Part shown: positions 50,008-64,000 of the stretch, one piece after another
How the letters are laid out: each line of letters begins with the position of its first letter
Position numbering within the stretch: position 1 is the first letter of the stretch
Origin: the human T2T-CHM13v2.0 reference genome, Homo sapiens
Strand: one strand, 5' to 3'
NCBI RefSeq assembly: GCF_009914755.1
Contig: NC_060932.1
DNA length: 64,000 bases
Made by a program: the position numbers and the translations under genes
Notes under the pieces: generated by a model
Database searches by the model: none
Told to the model about the DNA's origin: nothing
Seen by the model: the letters and a program-made list of their open reading frames with translations, nothing else

Positions 50008-53000
50008 TCATCAGCTTTCTGGAAGAGGTTATACTCTATCTCAAACATGCATCCACTTGCTCTTTATGTTCTTATAAGGACTCAGGTACAAATTAGGGAA
50101 AATAAATGCCAGCTGAGGTTTCCTTCCTTTGTACCCCATCCAGGGAAAGAGATCTAACAGTATCCCAGGAAAGCTTTCCATAAACATCGTCCTTTTTAAT
50201 TCAGCCAGAGTTACATCCAGAAAAACAACCACTTGAAACCCTTTGCCCCTATTTTCAGATTGCTGCCAAAGCTTTTGCCTTAGCTTACTTCAACAAGAAT
50301 AAACTGTATGAAAGCTCTGGAGTTCTCAGAGAATGTGACTGCCTGCCCTGCTTGTTTAAGGTCATTAAAATCCTGGCCTTTGCCAAAAGACTTAGAGCAC
50401 AGCCATTGTGTTCTTGGAGTGAACTGTAATTTTGCTTAGGTCACAGACATTTTAGTGGCCAACAATATTAAGATGGGTACTTTTTAATGGTGTTAAGTAT
50501 AAATGAAATGCAAAGGGTGAGTACGATAATTACAAAATTGTGTTTATCGTGAAGATAGTCTGTATAAGAAATTGCTAGGACATTTACATTCATGAATTAT
50601 TGAAAATGAAACAGCCTTCCTATTATTCTGTCAGATAAAGAACTCTATATTCCAAATGCCAATTTCTTAGAGATTTTATTTTCTTTATTGGGTCCTAAAA
50701 GCTCTTCATATTTATCCTGGGTGCATTTGCGGCCATGTACATATAGCCAAAAATATGTGATGAGTTGTATAATTATCTGGTGAATCCAAGCCTAGCAGGA
50801 CAACCTGTTAAAGAGATAAAAGCAAAACTACTTTCAAGTCATCATTGCTTGGTTATTTTGAACTGAAATGTCCAGTAGATCTTCCATTTGCTTTGGTTAA
50901 GAAAAAAAAGAAGCTCATTTTTTTCTTCTTATATGAGTTATTTTCTCTATAATGAACTACAAAAATTGCATTCATATATTTGCTTTTTGAATATTACCTG
51001 TATTATTAATGTGACTGATTAGAGAAAAATAGAATAGATTGTGGTCCATTTTTTTTTTAGTATTATGCTTAAGTACAAAAGTTGAGAAAACATTTCATGG
51101 GGTTTTTTTTGGTAAGCAAAAGACAAGCTGATGTAATACATTTGTGTTTGAATAATTCCGCATCAATATACATGAACCTGTTTATCCTCATCCCTTCCAA
51201 ACAGATTGTAATAGAAAAATAAGATACTTGTAGGTTATATCCAACTATTTAAAGTATGCTTTTAAGTCAAATGTACATTAATAATATTTAGAGGGTGAAC
51301 ACAGGCATGTTTTGGGTATGCTCAATGGTGGGATATATTGTCTCAGCCCAGGGGAGGAAGATGGGGGCCTTGTGCAGATGCCTGGGCCCAGAAGGCATTG
51401 AGTGCTGCTGGTGAGGCAGTACAGGGGCAGAAAACGTAGCAGTGGTGGTGGTGTGGGTGACTGGTGGTGTACTATGTACTTAGAACCTTTCAGATGTTCT
51501 ATTCATATTATATTATTTAATCCTCCCATTTATATGGGAGGTTTTATTACCTCCATTTTAAATATGAAGGCTCTGAAGGTCATTAAACTTGCTCAGGATT
51601 GCAAATTGGTAAGTTGCTGTTGGAATTTGCATGCTATTTTTTTTCTAATTCCACAGTTCAAATTTGTCATGCTAGTTTTAGATCACAGTGGTTAATGTGC
51701 GCGGTTTCCAAGGATTGGGATACTTCAAGAAGATGTCATTTTTAAGTTCTGAAGAACTTTAGGAAGATTATAGGAAGCTTGCTTTATATGTGTAATTAAC
51801 CTATTGGGACATATACTAACTCTTGGGCATTTCATGGAACAAATTATTTGTTGAGTACTGAGTGCCAGGAATTGTTGTAGATGCTAAAGAAGAAACAGTG
51901 AACCAAACAGCTGCTTCCCAACAACTCTGATAAGGATAGTCTCAGCAGTACTGACTTAAGAAGTTGGTATATTTGAGATTACTGTTAATGATTTTAAGGT
52001 TGCAACAAAATTTAAAAACATATCAGTGACATTTTATATATTTGCTAACTGTTGGGAAATTGCAGTTGAATACAAGCAGCAGAGTCTTTAGAAGGCAGTA
52101 CCACCAAGAATTAGTTATTGTGTCTTTCAAGCTTATTTGTGAATCCAGTTCATTTAACTAGATGACTATCGACTTATTAAAAATGCATACCCTTTGTGTG
52201 TTCCATAGTGTGTCTCTGAAATTGTACAGGTTAAACAACCTGATGCTCACATCAAATAGCATGGTTCCCATCATCTACTTGGGTTTCATTGCGTGTCCAG
52301 CATGGGTAGCATTTGTTCCTCAAATTCTAATTGTGCTTTTCATTTCCAGCTACCAGCACTGGATAGTTTTATCAGACAGGTAGAAATAGTTTTGAATACA
52401 CCTAGCCAGATTCCCATGCATGGCAGGTCACATTCACCTTCCTTCTGCACTTCCATTCCCTCCAACAATTGGCAAAATTACATTCGTATGAGTTACCTTA
52501 CACATTTTCAGATAGACACATATGTCTGCTGTCTCTCTGGGAGCATTCTAAATTTTGTCAGAGCAGTGCTTGGGCAAAAAGAATCCACAGGTAGGAATAT
52601 CCAATAATCTGCTCACTCCCAACCTGGTTGCCTTCAAAAGGTGAATTATTCTTGTGCATTCAGTAATGGTTTTTACTACCAGCTCTGCCCTGAACAACTG
52701 ATTCAGAATTCCGTAATTTCTTTCTTAAGCATGGTAGTAAATGTGGTTTCTTGGACTTCTTCACATGTACTTAGCAATTTGAACCTCAGTAGAATTAAAA
52801 AAAAAATTCTTTAAAGACCAGAAATTTGAAAGAATTAACAATTCCAGGAGGCAGAGTAAAAAAAGGATTGGTAAGGGAAAAGATGAATTTGTTTTTGCTG
52901 GTGTTTCCAGAAGTCCGGAGGTATATTTTCGTTCTCGTGGTTTTACCTTTCAGCCCTTTCTCTAAGTCTGTCAGCTAACAAAATGCCTGCAGTCCCAAAA

Positions 53001-53646
53001 TGTTTTATTCTCTAGTAAAGAAAGAAGTATCAAATTATTCTAAGCATCACTGTTTATTTACTATAATCCCAGTAAATCTAAGTTGAGATAATGAGATAAT
53101 GCCATCTAGAAGAAAAATTAAAAAATATTAGAAGCATTTTTTTTAAACTTTAGAGATAAGTAGCAAAGTTTCCCTTGTACGGACAGCTCTCTTAAATTCC
53201 TACCCTTCCCTAATGCTAATAAGCAATATATAATACAGTTGAGCAAACAGACATTCACCACTCTTTTTATCATTTAAATGGCCTCTTTTAGTTAACAACA
53301 AGAAAAAATAACAGAAAAGCCCTTTTAAATTCTTTCTATAAGGAAAACACTTTCATTAGAACAGACTTTTATCACAGAACTAGATCATTCTGGGGATTAC
53401 TTGGTGGTAAGCTTCTTTCTTACTTTTGTATCCTCAGTGCTTAACATCCCCTGAGATGTAATTCTCCTTTGTTGTTTTCCTGCATAAATATTTCTTATGA
53501 TTACATATTGCCCAGTCAGTGAAGTCCGAACTCACTAGTATGAGATGTAAAAGGCCATGAGCTGGCACTTTATTCCTCCTCAGTGTCTTTTCTCTCTACT
53601 TTCCCCTCCATATGTCACATTGTGCATTTTTAGGAAGAACAAAATA

Positions 53647-53995
53647 TAGTCATGAGCCACATAATGACGTTTCAGTCAATAATGTCAATAACATACGCGA
53701 CAGTGGTCCTGTAAGATTATAATACCGTATTTTTGCTGTACTTTTTCAATATTTAGACATGTTTGGATACACAGATACTTACCACTGTGTTACAATTGCC
53801 TACAGTATTAGTATAGTAACATGCTGTACAGGTTTGTGGCCTGAGAGCAATAGGCTACACCATCTAGCCTCAGTGTGTAGCAGGTTACACCATCTAGGTT
53901 TGTGGAAGTACACTCTATGATGTTCGCACAATGACAAAATCACCTATCAATGCATTTCTCAGAAAATATCCGTTTCGTTAAGTGGTGCATGATTG
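53647..53995 (+). mobile_element. Tigger3a/MER7A-type MITE (TcMar-Tigger)
   Basis: Degenerate terminal inverted repeats (tagtcatgagccacataatgacg and cgttaagtggtgcatgattg) flanked by TA. Confidence 0.8.
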
Positions 53996-54053
53996 TAGTG
54001 AGTTTTTTTTTCCTTTTGTGAAACATAGGTGCCCTGTAGAAAAACCACTTGTC

Positions 54054-54398
<345 letters not shown>

Positions 54399-54724
54399 AA
54401 CCACTTGTCTTGGAGCCCTGTCCCTTCATTTTAGATGCTTTATTTATAGAAGTAACAAGTTGGAATTGATTCTCCTGAAGAGTTATTTATGAGAAGTTTT
54501 TTTTCCAGTAGCATCTAGACTTGCATTTTCAGCACATTTTTATATTGTTTAGCTAAGTAAGAAGAAATGTACTATGGGGTGGAAAATTTAGATGGATTAC
54601 CACTCAAGATATCAAAGTATAGTCATAAACTTAGTTTCAAAGTTGGGGAAAAAGGTGACCTTGGTAAATAAAAAAGTGAATTCCAGTCAAGGAAGCACCA
54701 TCGAGTTCATAGAAGATTAAATCT

Positions 54725-55056
<332 letters not shown>

Positions 55057-55424
55057 TAATGAGATCTGATCTCACCTGGAACATAGTGACTGCTAATGCT
55101 TATGAATTGACTTGAAACTTAAAGCCCAAACGGGTTTACTGGTAGCAGAATTATCTAGAAAGAGCAAAGCCATGGAGCTATTCCATTAATCAGACCCATG
55201 TCTACTGCTTGATGTCAGGGCAACATGTATCTCTCAAATTTATCTGTTACCAAACTGTGCCATCTAATGGTCAGCTTCCTCTATCTGATTTGCCTGAGAA
55301 AATCGTCCTTTTAATCTTGAATGATTTTTACAACCTAAGCCTATGTTTTTTGTGGAGTAGGTCCTGGTTTTTACTACCTCCTGATATTTTTTTCATCAAT
55401 GACCCCTATTAGGAAACTATGTAT

Positions 55425-56040
55425 TTATTTGTTTATAGTCAACAAATATTTAATGAGCACCTACTTATTTGCAAAGCTTTGTGCTAATCACTGGGGATAC
55501 AAAAGCTATTAAGAGTGGCAGGGTCTTTGCCCCTCTGCAACTGAGTCTAGTGGGAATACAAACAGGTAAGTAGTGCCTAAAATACAGTGTGATTAATACC
55601 ATGATAAGGGAAGTACAGAATGTCTCTTCTCCATTCACAGAAGAGGGCACCTCACCCAGGAATGGGGATCCAGGGAAGACTTCCTAGAGGAAGTAAGAGA
55701 CTTTCATTCAAGTCTTTATAAGAGTTCTCTGGCTGCAGTGTGAAGAGTGGCTTGGTGAAGAAATGATGGCCACCTAAATATGAAAGTAGAGAAAACAGGA
55801 AAGTTTTAAGACACAGGAGTTATAATCCATACTGGTGTTTGATTTGATGTAAGCAGTGAAGGAGAAGGTATTCTTGGGAATGATGCTCAGCTTTATGGTT
55901 TGGGAAACTGACTGGATAGTAGTGACATTGACAGAGAGAGCAAATGCAGGGTGTGACAGTGAGGAGATGATGAGTTCAGTTTAGGACATGGTAATTCAAG
56001 TTAGCTGTGGGAGAAACAAAAAGATATGTTTTATAGACTG
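55425..56040 (-). mobile_element. L2 fragments
   Basis: caacaaatatttaatgagcacctac..gggaagacttcctagaggaag..gatgagttcagtttaggacatg. Confidence 0.6.
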
Positions 56041-56082
56041 GTGGGCATTCACATATAACACTGGATATTTAAAAATTACTAT

Positions 56083-56422
<340 letters not shown>

Positions 56423-57119
56423 TCATATAAATCAATAGTGGTGGACCTCAGAATTCTACCAGCTATTTGGGCCAGTACCCAGGTGTCTTATCAGTCTGTG
56501 TGCAGGAGGCACAAAAGTTCACCTAACCTTATTCACAAATTTTCACCTTAAATGGAGTTTGAAGGAACCTGTTAGTCTTAGGCCTTTCTGCATATATGCA
56601 TATATATGCAATATATGGCCTTTCTGTCTCTTACATATACACACATGGTATTTCAGCAAAGAGGTGATATGGCATTACAGAGAGGTTGCAGGACAAGAGG
56701 ACAGAAATACCCAGGTTTTAGGCAAAAGCTATGTTGCTTTCCAATATTTGACTCTGGTTCAGTCTCCAGTTGCTTTAACTGTGAAATGGAGATGACGAAA
56801 TGGCTCTTCTTACAAGGTGGTTTGAGGCTCAAATAAGTGATGTATTACAAACTATAATATGTTACACAAATGCAAAGCATTGCAATTAGCTCCTTCTTGG
56901 CAATAAACAAATAAAAAATGGAAAAACCAAGCTGTAAGTTTCTGGAAAACATTTCTCTCTTATAAGTTTTTTCATTCAGATTTATTGAAAAAATGTTTTA
57001 AGCATTTAGTCCTAAGAACACATTGTTTAGAACTGAAAAACTGAAATTGGAAATCATATAGCCTTTTAGAATTCTAAGTTAGCAACCTGAAGCATTTGGA
57101 CTATTATTTGTTTCTTATT

Positions 57120-58174
57120 TGTTGCGGGAAGTCAGGGACCCAGAATGGAGGGACCGGCTGAAGCTGTGGCAGAAGAACATGAATTGTGAAGATTTCATGG
57201 ACATTTATCAGTTCCCAAAATTAATACTTTTATAATTCCTTATGCCTGTCTTTACTGCAATCTCTGAACATAAATTGTGAATATTTCAGGGACATTTATC
57301 ACTTCCCCAATCAATATTCTTATAATTTCTTATGCTTGTCTTTACTTTAATCTCTTAATCCTGTTATCTTTGCAAGCTGAGAATGTATGTCACCTCAAGA
57401 CCACTATTGTACAAATTGATTGTAAAATATGTGTGTTTGAACAATATGAAATCAGTGCACCCTAAAAAAGAACAGAATAACAATGATTTTCAGGGAATAA
57501 GGAAAGATAACCATAATGTCTGACTGCCTTCAGGTTTGGGCAGAATAGAGCCATATTTTTCTTCTCCCAGAAAGCTATAGACAGATATGTGAGTAGGAGA
57601 AATATCACTGAATTCTTTTCCCAGCAAGGAATATTAATAATTGATACCCTGGGTAAGGAATGCATTCCTGGGGGGAGGTCTATGAATGGCTGCTCTGGGA
57701 GTGTCTGTCTTCTGTGGTTGAGATAAGGACTGAAATATGCCCTGGTCTCCTGCAGTACCCTCAGCTTACTAGGGTTGGGAAATTCCAGCCTGGTGAATTC
57801 TAGTCAGAATGGTTGTCTGCTCTCGAACTCTGTTTCCTGTTAAGATGTTTATCATGACAATGTGTGCACAGCAGGACATGGACCCTCATCAGTAATTCTA
57901 ATTTTGCCTTTGTCTTGTGATCTTTTATTGCCCCTTGAAGCATGTGATCTTTGTGACTTACTCCCTGTTCGTACACCCACTCCCCAGCAAAAACTTGCTG
58001 GTTTTGCAGCTCAAGGTCGCCATCACGGTCCTACCAATATGTGATGACACCCCCGGAGGCCCAGCTGTAAAATTTCTCTCTTTGTACTCTTTCTCTTTAT
58101 ATCTCAGACTGGCCGACACTTAGGGAAAATAGAAAGAACCTACATTGAAATATTGGGGGCTGGTTCCCCCGATA
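57120..58174 (+). mobile_element. MER11 solo LTR (HERV-K HML-8)
   Basis: TGTTGCGGGAAGTCAGGGACCC start, GGTTCCCCCGATA end, 6-bp TSD cttatt/cgtatt, internal ~99-bp tandem repeat. Confidence 0.92.
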
Positions 58175-59509
58175 CGTATTATTTTCTTATATTTCATTGG
58201 GTAAGTGAACTAAGGAATACTGCAAGGAAGACAATACTTTTGAATCGTCTCTATGTGCCTGATAGATCATATCTAAGTGTTTAAAAAAGATAATATAAGG
58301 AAAACAATCACTGTGTCAACATGAAGATTTGATTATGCCTTTCTTTCTATGACCTGTTTTCATGAACATTCAATTTTCCTTGGCCTCTTAGGAAAGAAAG
58401 GACACACACTGGCACACTATAGTGGGGACATCTGGATCTCTGAAATTGTCTAGCAAAGAGAGGTCACTGAGCACCCATATGAATAGGAGACAGAAGTCAG
58501 AGACAGAGGCAAAAAAAAAAATTAGAATAGGAGACACAGGGTAGTAAACTGATGTTTGTGGCTTAGCTCGATTTTTGGTAATTTAAAAGATAATGTTGAT
58601 AATATGATTGATACGGACTTTTAAGAAAGAGAAGAAATAAATAAATAAATCTCATGAGAGACACAGATGCAGGTGTCTTGAACCACTTTATAGAGTTGTG
58701 AGTATGTGGTCTGAAATATTTTATGAAAATGACGCCTTGGATACATTTTTTTCTTGTCAGTTCCTTCGGTTTTGCATTTTTTTGTGTGTGATTTAGTGCT
58801 ATTAAAATAGTTTAAAAAATAATGCTCAGAGTTGATCATGCAATTTAAAAATTAAATAGAATAGAGAGGAAGACAGTTCTAAAAAGGAAATCTGAGGGGT
58901 ATGAGATAAAAACGTGTTGATCATGGTCTTTCAAACATGAATGTGAATATGAATATATTTACATATATACCTACATATATATATATGCACATATAAAAGT
59001 TTATTGTTCTTAGGCACTCTGATTATATCACAAATACTTTAATTTTATGCATTTGGTTTTCAAAATATCTTTTACAATTCATTTTTAAATATTTTGTGTT
59101 TACAAAATGCCTATGTGTAAAAAATCTACACTTTTACCTATTTAGTGTCACTGTGAATTACTCACTATATGTTTCTCATGGGTAGTTTGAAGAGTTTAGA
59201 GAAGTGCATGTTTGAACATCATGGAAAAGTAATATTTAAGTTCAGGTGGTTGTTGGGTTCTGGCAATATTTATGTAATATTTTATATTTTTTTTCAAAGA
59301 ACTCTACATCTATATAAATGTCCAGATAGTCACCAACATTTGGCTCTAACCTTCATTATGCTTGCTTTTATTATTCCTATAAAGTGTCCTTCTACTGAGT
59401 GTGTATATTTGAAATATGATTTGAAATTTTTAGTATGATTTAATGCTAAACCTTGCAATTAATTTCATTTATGATTTTAAAGCATTTCTTCAGTTAAATC
59501 TGTGGTTTT

Positions 59510-60180
59510 ATATTTATTAGTGAAATTTCCTCCCAGATTTGTTAAGATATAACTTACACACAATAATATAAGCATACAGTCTGATGAACTTTTGCAATTG
59601 TATGCAACTGTATAACTACCACCACAATCAGGATATGTAAAGGCAGACAATTTCATCACCCCTTTCAGTCTGTCTCCTCCTCAATGTTGTTTGCCTTTTC
59701 TGGAATTTCGTATAAATAAAATTATACAGTATGTAGTCTTTTGTGTTTGACTTTTTTCACTTAACGTAAGGTTTTTTGAGGTTCACTCATGTTGTGTGTA
59801 TCAATAGTTTGTTCATTTCATTTTTATAGGGAGATAGTATTCCAATAGTATAGATATACCACAATCATTTTATCCATTCATTAGTTGATGTAAATTTAAT
59901 GTTTTTATTTTCAGTGTTTAGCTATCTTGAATAATGCTGCTATGGCCATTCTCATATGAATGTTTTTGTGGACATATTTTTTCATGTCTCTGGGGTGAAA
60001 ACTTAGGAATGGAATTTCTGTGTGGTGCGATAGATGAGTATGGTGTGGTAGGCACACCACCAACCTGTCCTCCAAGTGGCTGGATGATTTTACACTCCAC
60101 CAGAAATGCATGAAAGTTCCAGTAGTTCCATGCCCTCATCAATAGTACCTGTTGGTGAATTTTGGTCATTCCAGTGGGTT
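59510..60180 (-). mobile_element. Old L1MB/L1ME 3' fragment
   Basis: atagtattccaatagtatagatataccaca..gaataatgctgctatggccattc; peptide relic HPRDMKKYVHK..AALFKIAK. Confidence 0.7.
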
Positions 60181-61599
60181 TTTAGTGAAGTTTTAAGTCA
60201 CAGGTTAACATGTGACTGAAAATATTTCTCTACTAAAAGACAAAATGAAGGTGCATTTTATTTCAGGCTCTCAGTCTGGTCAGCCACCAGCATGGACTCG
60301 GAATGCATAAGCCCTGGTTTTATTGAACTGAAATATTTTTCTTTTCATAAAGTGAAATATTAAAGTGTGTTGGTTTCAGTTTGATAATTCAAATACTGCC
60401 ATTTTAATGGCTTCCATCATAAATCTATTTTATTGCACTCTGTGTCATCTCTCATATCTTGGATAAAAATGCTTTTGTTTCCTTTCTGGTTAATAGACTT
60501 GGAAATCATCTGTGTATACGTTTGTTTCTTTCCTTTTTGTGATTGGAGTGAGTTAGTAATAAATTCTTTTTTTTTTTCTCATTTTTTTTTCCTTAGCATG
60601 CTTTCAATTCTGTGTTACATAAGGCCACCATAGCCGTTGGGAACTGGTTGTTTTTAATGATGATTATTTTAATGATGTCTGTTATATTGTAAGTTGTCAA
60701 ATTATTGACAATTTTTGAATATTGTCAAAAACCTCTATTCTCTTTAAGAATATTTATTTCTCTTTGGAGTTCCACTATATTGCAAGGTGAATGAATGTGT
60801 TTGACAGGTAATGGTTAGAAGTCTGTATGAAATTCTTCTGTGAGTAAAAGTAGCTATTATCACTGAGTATGAATATATGATTTTGGAGTGTTTTTGTTTG
60901 TAATAAAATAGTATAACATTTATAATATATTTTCTTGCTTTTTATTAAAGAATCTTAAAACTATGGAAAATGCAGTTCTACAAGGAGTCTACAATTTAGT
61001 GGAGAAGACAAAAAACAAAAAACAAAAATTTAGTAATTCAAGTTGGTGTATGGTATGGAGAAATTATTTCTCCCCAGTCCTGATTTTTTTCTTCCATGTG
61101 AAAGGAGCTTAGTATTCTTGGCCAGAGAACTTCCTTTTTATCCTCTGCAAGAACACAGAGTAAACTACTTTGCTGGTAGGCATTTGTTAGTGGCCCACAT
61201 TTCTTAATTAGTTGAAGTGAAAATACACAGGGTCTGAGTCTGGTCACTCTGCTCTTTCTGAACCAGCGAGAAGCACAGACCTTGGTATGTGAAATCAAAG
61301 TGTGGACTCAAACTTTCTTTTAGGTGGCTATTTCAGGGTTTAATAAGAGGGAAGAAAGGTAGCAAGCCTATCTAGGCTTTTGTACTGAACTGTGTCTTCT
61401 CTCTGGCATTCACTGGCAATGATGGTGATATTTTGGTTTCAATTGCTGACTGTCTCGCCTTATTTCTCAGTCGACTTAGAACCCATTTGAGGAACAGGCT
61501 GGTATTTACTGGAACCCCTGAAAGGCTCCAGCAAGAGTTATATCAACATAGGCTATAGCCTCAGTGTCATCTCTGATTAGTTGCTAAAATATTTCACAT

Positions 61600-61990
61600 T
61601 ACAGACTGTCTCCTGCACTGGATTGTCAGTATTTAAGGCTGTCTTACTCAAAGTATTTGATAGTCCTGCCTGTGGGAGCACACTGCCTTTTGCACTGTTA
61701 GGTTTGAATGTGGCCATATGACTTACTCTGGCCAGTGAAATATAAGTGGACGTGACGCATAATATTTCTGGTTGGAGCCAGTGATACTCTCTTTTTCTCA
61801 CTTCTGCAGTGATGAAAACACATTTTTAAAAGGGAGCCTGTATCAGTCTAGGCTCTGGAGTGAAGACCATGTGGACCAAATCCCTTTGCAAATTGGCATT
61901 GAACATGTGGCACATATGAGAACTAATTTATTACCTCAAATTATTGAGATTTTGGGGTTGTTTTTAGCATAGTGTATATCTTATTCTGAC
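61600..61990 (+). mobile_element. MLT1-type MaLR LTR fragment
   Basis: tgtggccatatgacttactctggccagtgaaatataagtggacgtgac..tgagattttggggttgtttttagcatag. Confidence 0.6.
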
Positions 61991-63833
61991 TCAGACAGAG
62001 TTACTTATTCCTTGAAAAATGATTTAATGGTTAAATATATCATGACCTTTGATATAAATGTGATATCTCACAATTTTAAAAATAGGGTTCTCTGGGGTGG
62101 GTGGAGACGGGAAGGTATTCTGCATTAAATGTGCTTATCACATAACACATATCTATTTCTGAAAAGTCAAATAGGCTATTCATACTTGTGCATATCAGAT
62201 TCCTATCAAATTACCCAGTAGAGATCAGAATTTTATGTGAACTGGCCACCAACAAGTATGCTTTGATGATGGAGTGAGCAGAAGAAACTAAAGCTGGGAG
62301 GGAGTGGGTAGCTGACTGCAGCAGAACTGTTAGCAGAATTTAAATTGGGCTCCTGAGTGATTGGCTGCTTCAAAACAATAAGGGAACTGCATACAATTTA
62401 GTTAGCATGCCATAACAAATTCCACTTGATTAGTAGAATTCACAATTCATAGTGATATTTATCCTTACCTTATTCTGTCTCTTTAGCTATACCTAAACTT
62501 TTTTTTCCCCCTTTTCCCTATTTTCTTCTGCTTCTTTTCACAAACACAAATGCTGGCCACATTAGAATTAGCAAGACATTTGTCCAAAGACAGAAAGTTT
62601 CACCAATATTTTATAAGTGGCAAAGTTTTCCAGTTTTCTTTTAATTCTATCCTCTTATCATCACCATGTCAAACCATAATGCAAAGTGGGCAGAAATTGA
62701 GCTTTCTGATGTTTATTTTGCCAAGAGATTTGCCTCATTATTTGGTGTTACAGGATTTATTACTTCACCAGCTAGTTTAATAGTTTCAAAATGAATCTGT
62801 AGATGTGCTCATTGAAGAGATGCTACTTTTTATCAGACATACATAATTTTTTTTAAGCTTTCTGTTTTCATTTTCATAATATTCTAATCCCTGGCCATGA
62901 GATTTCAGTGGGGGTGTTTGAGTTTATCCATTTATTAGTGTCATGCTAATCAAAGATTAAATGACATGCCCTGCAATGTAAATAAAAGTTCTAACTGTGC
63001 TTCTGTTGAAAGTTAAACTGATGTAAGAATTGAGTGTTTTATAGCACATAGTGGTACAGCCAGGTTGAACTCAGAGTAGCTGTGTTCAAACCAATGGGAC
63101 CACACCTGAAGGACAGATCATTACATGAAATACATATGAAATTGGTCTCAGTCTGAAACAAATTGCAACATTTCAATAGAAGTAAATACAATGGCAAGTA
63201 TAAAATAAAGTATTTTTTTGATTCCCCATTCAAGCAGTAATTAAATTACATGTACCCATAATGTACATTCCCATAATGTTACAGTATGAATATATACTTT
63301 GAATGCTTCAAATAAGCATGACAGATATAGAATTATGAAGAAATTGTTGATTTAAATAGATTTTTCAAGATGGTTTTCTCAGCAGGTTAGGAGTTATATT
63401 TGAGCTCTGCTTATCACTAACTACTAAAAAAAGCCAAATATTTAATAATATAGTCTTACATATGCAAATAGAGGCACCTCAGGACCAGTTTTTGTAAATT
63501 GTAGACACCCCTACCTCCACTAGGAAAGGCTATGGGTGGAGAGAGCATTTCTACTGAGAGAATCGTATTTGGGGTCTACAGAAGAGCAGTAGAGATATGC
63601 TTTTTTCTTCATTTTCAGTTAGAGGAGTTTCAAGGAAAAGGTTTGGAGAACTTGACATGTGCCCCTCAGTTTTGAGGTCTCAGTGGGCTGGCATTCTGTT
63701 CTTCTTCTCATGAGGAATCTACAAAGGAGACTATGACTGACTGGCTGCTTAGATTATGGAGGGAAGGAGGCAGGGTGTACTGTTTGCACTCAGACAAAAG
63801 ATACATGGGTGTTTCCATTGATCAGATGGGGAC

Positions 63834-64000
63834 TGATATGATTTGGCTGTATCCCCACCCAAATCTCACCTTGAATTATATCTCCCGGAACTCCCCCGTG
63901 TTGTGGGAGGGACCTAGGATGAGGTAATTGGATCATGGGGGTGCATCTTTCCCATGCTATTCTCATGGTAGTGAATAAGTCTTATGAGATTTGATGGGCT
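63834..64000 (+). mobile_element. THE1A-like LTR, truncated by the window end
   Basis: tgatatgatttggctgtatccccacccaaatctcaccttgaatt..gtgttgtgggagggacc. Confidence 0.85.

Noticed and set aside
52162-52383. Hydrophobic 73-aa ORF resembling a membrane peptide
   Set aside because: Expected by chance in T-rich DNA; no recognisable homology and weak splice context
60694-60730. Short imperfect inverted repeats (ttgtcaa..ttgacaa)
   Set aside because: Too short to exceed chance in AT-rich sequence; not a credible miRNA hairpin

Overview
This is primate (hominoid-type) genomic DNA that is AT-rich and dominated by repeats; it looks intergenic or intronic, and I recognise no intact host protein-coding exon. 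The main elements are (1) a full-length ~6.0 kb L1PA2/L1PA3-type LINE-1 on the minus strand (3680-9689) with disabled ORF1 and ORF2 but a complete 5' UTR, antisense promoter and ORF0 region; (2) a PCBP2 processed pseudogene on the minus strand (12333-14025) with a single premature stop, inserted with two Alus at the same target motif inside a MER41B LTR; (3) a complete THE1D-like MaLR provirus; and (4) solo LTRs (LTR6, MER66-like, LTR47-like, MER11, MST/MLT1, THE1A), a dozen Alus, older L1/L2 fragments, MER5 and Tigger3 DNA transposon remnants and a 31-bp AT minisatellite. The most interesting hypothesis is a + strand spliced transcript from the L1 antisense promoter in which ORF0 splices in frame to an exon-like segment at 22305, running antisense across the PCBP2 retrocopy. 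Repeat subfamily names come from recalled consensus sequences and need RepeatMasker/Dfam confirmation. I found no convincing novel multi-gene system.
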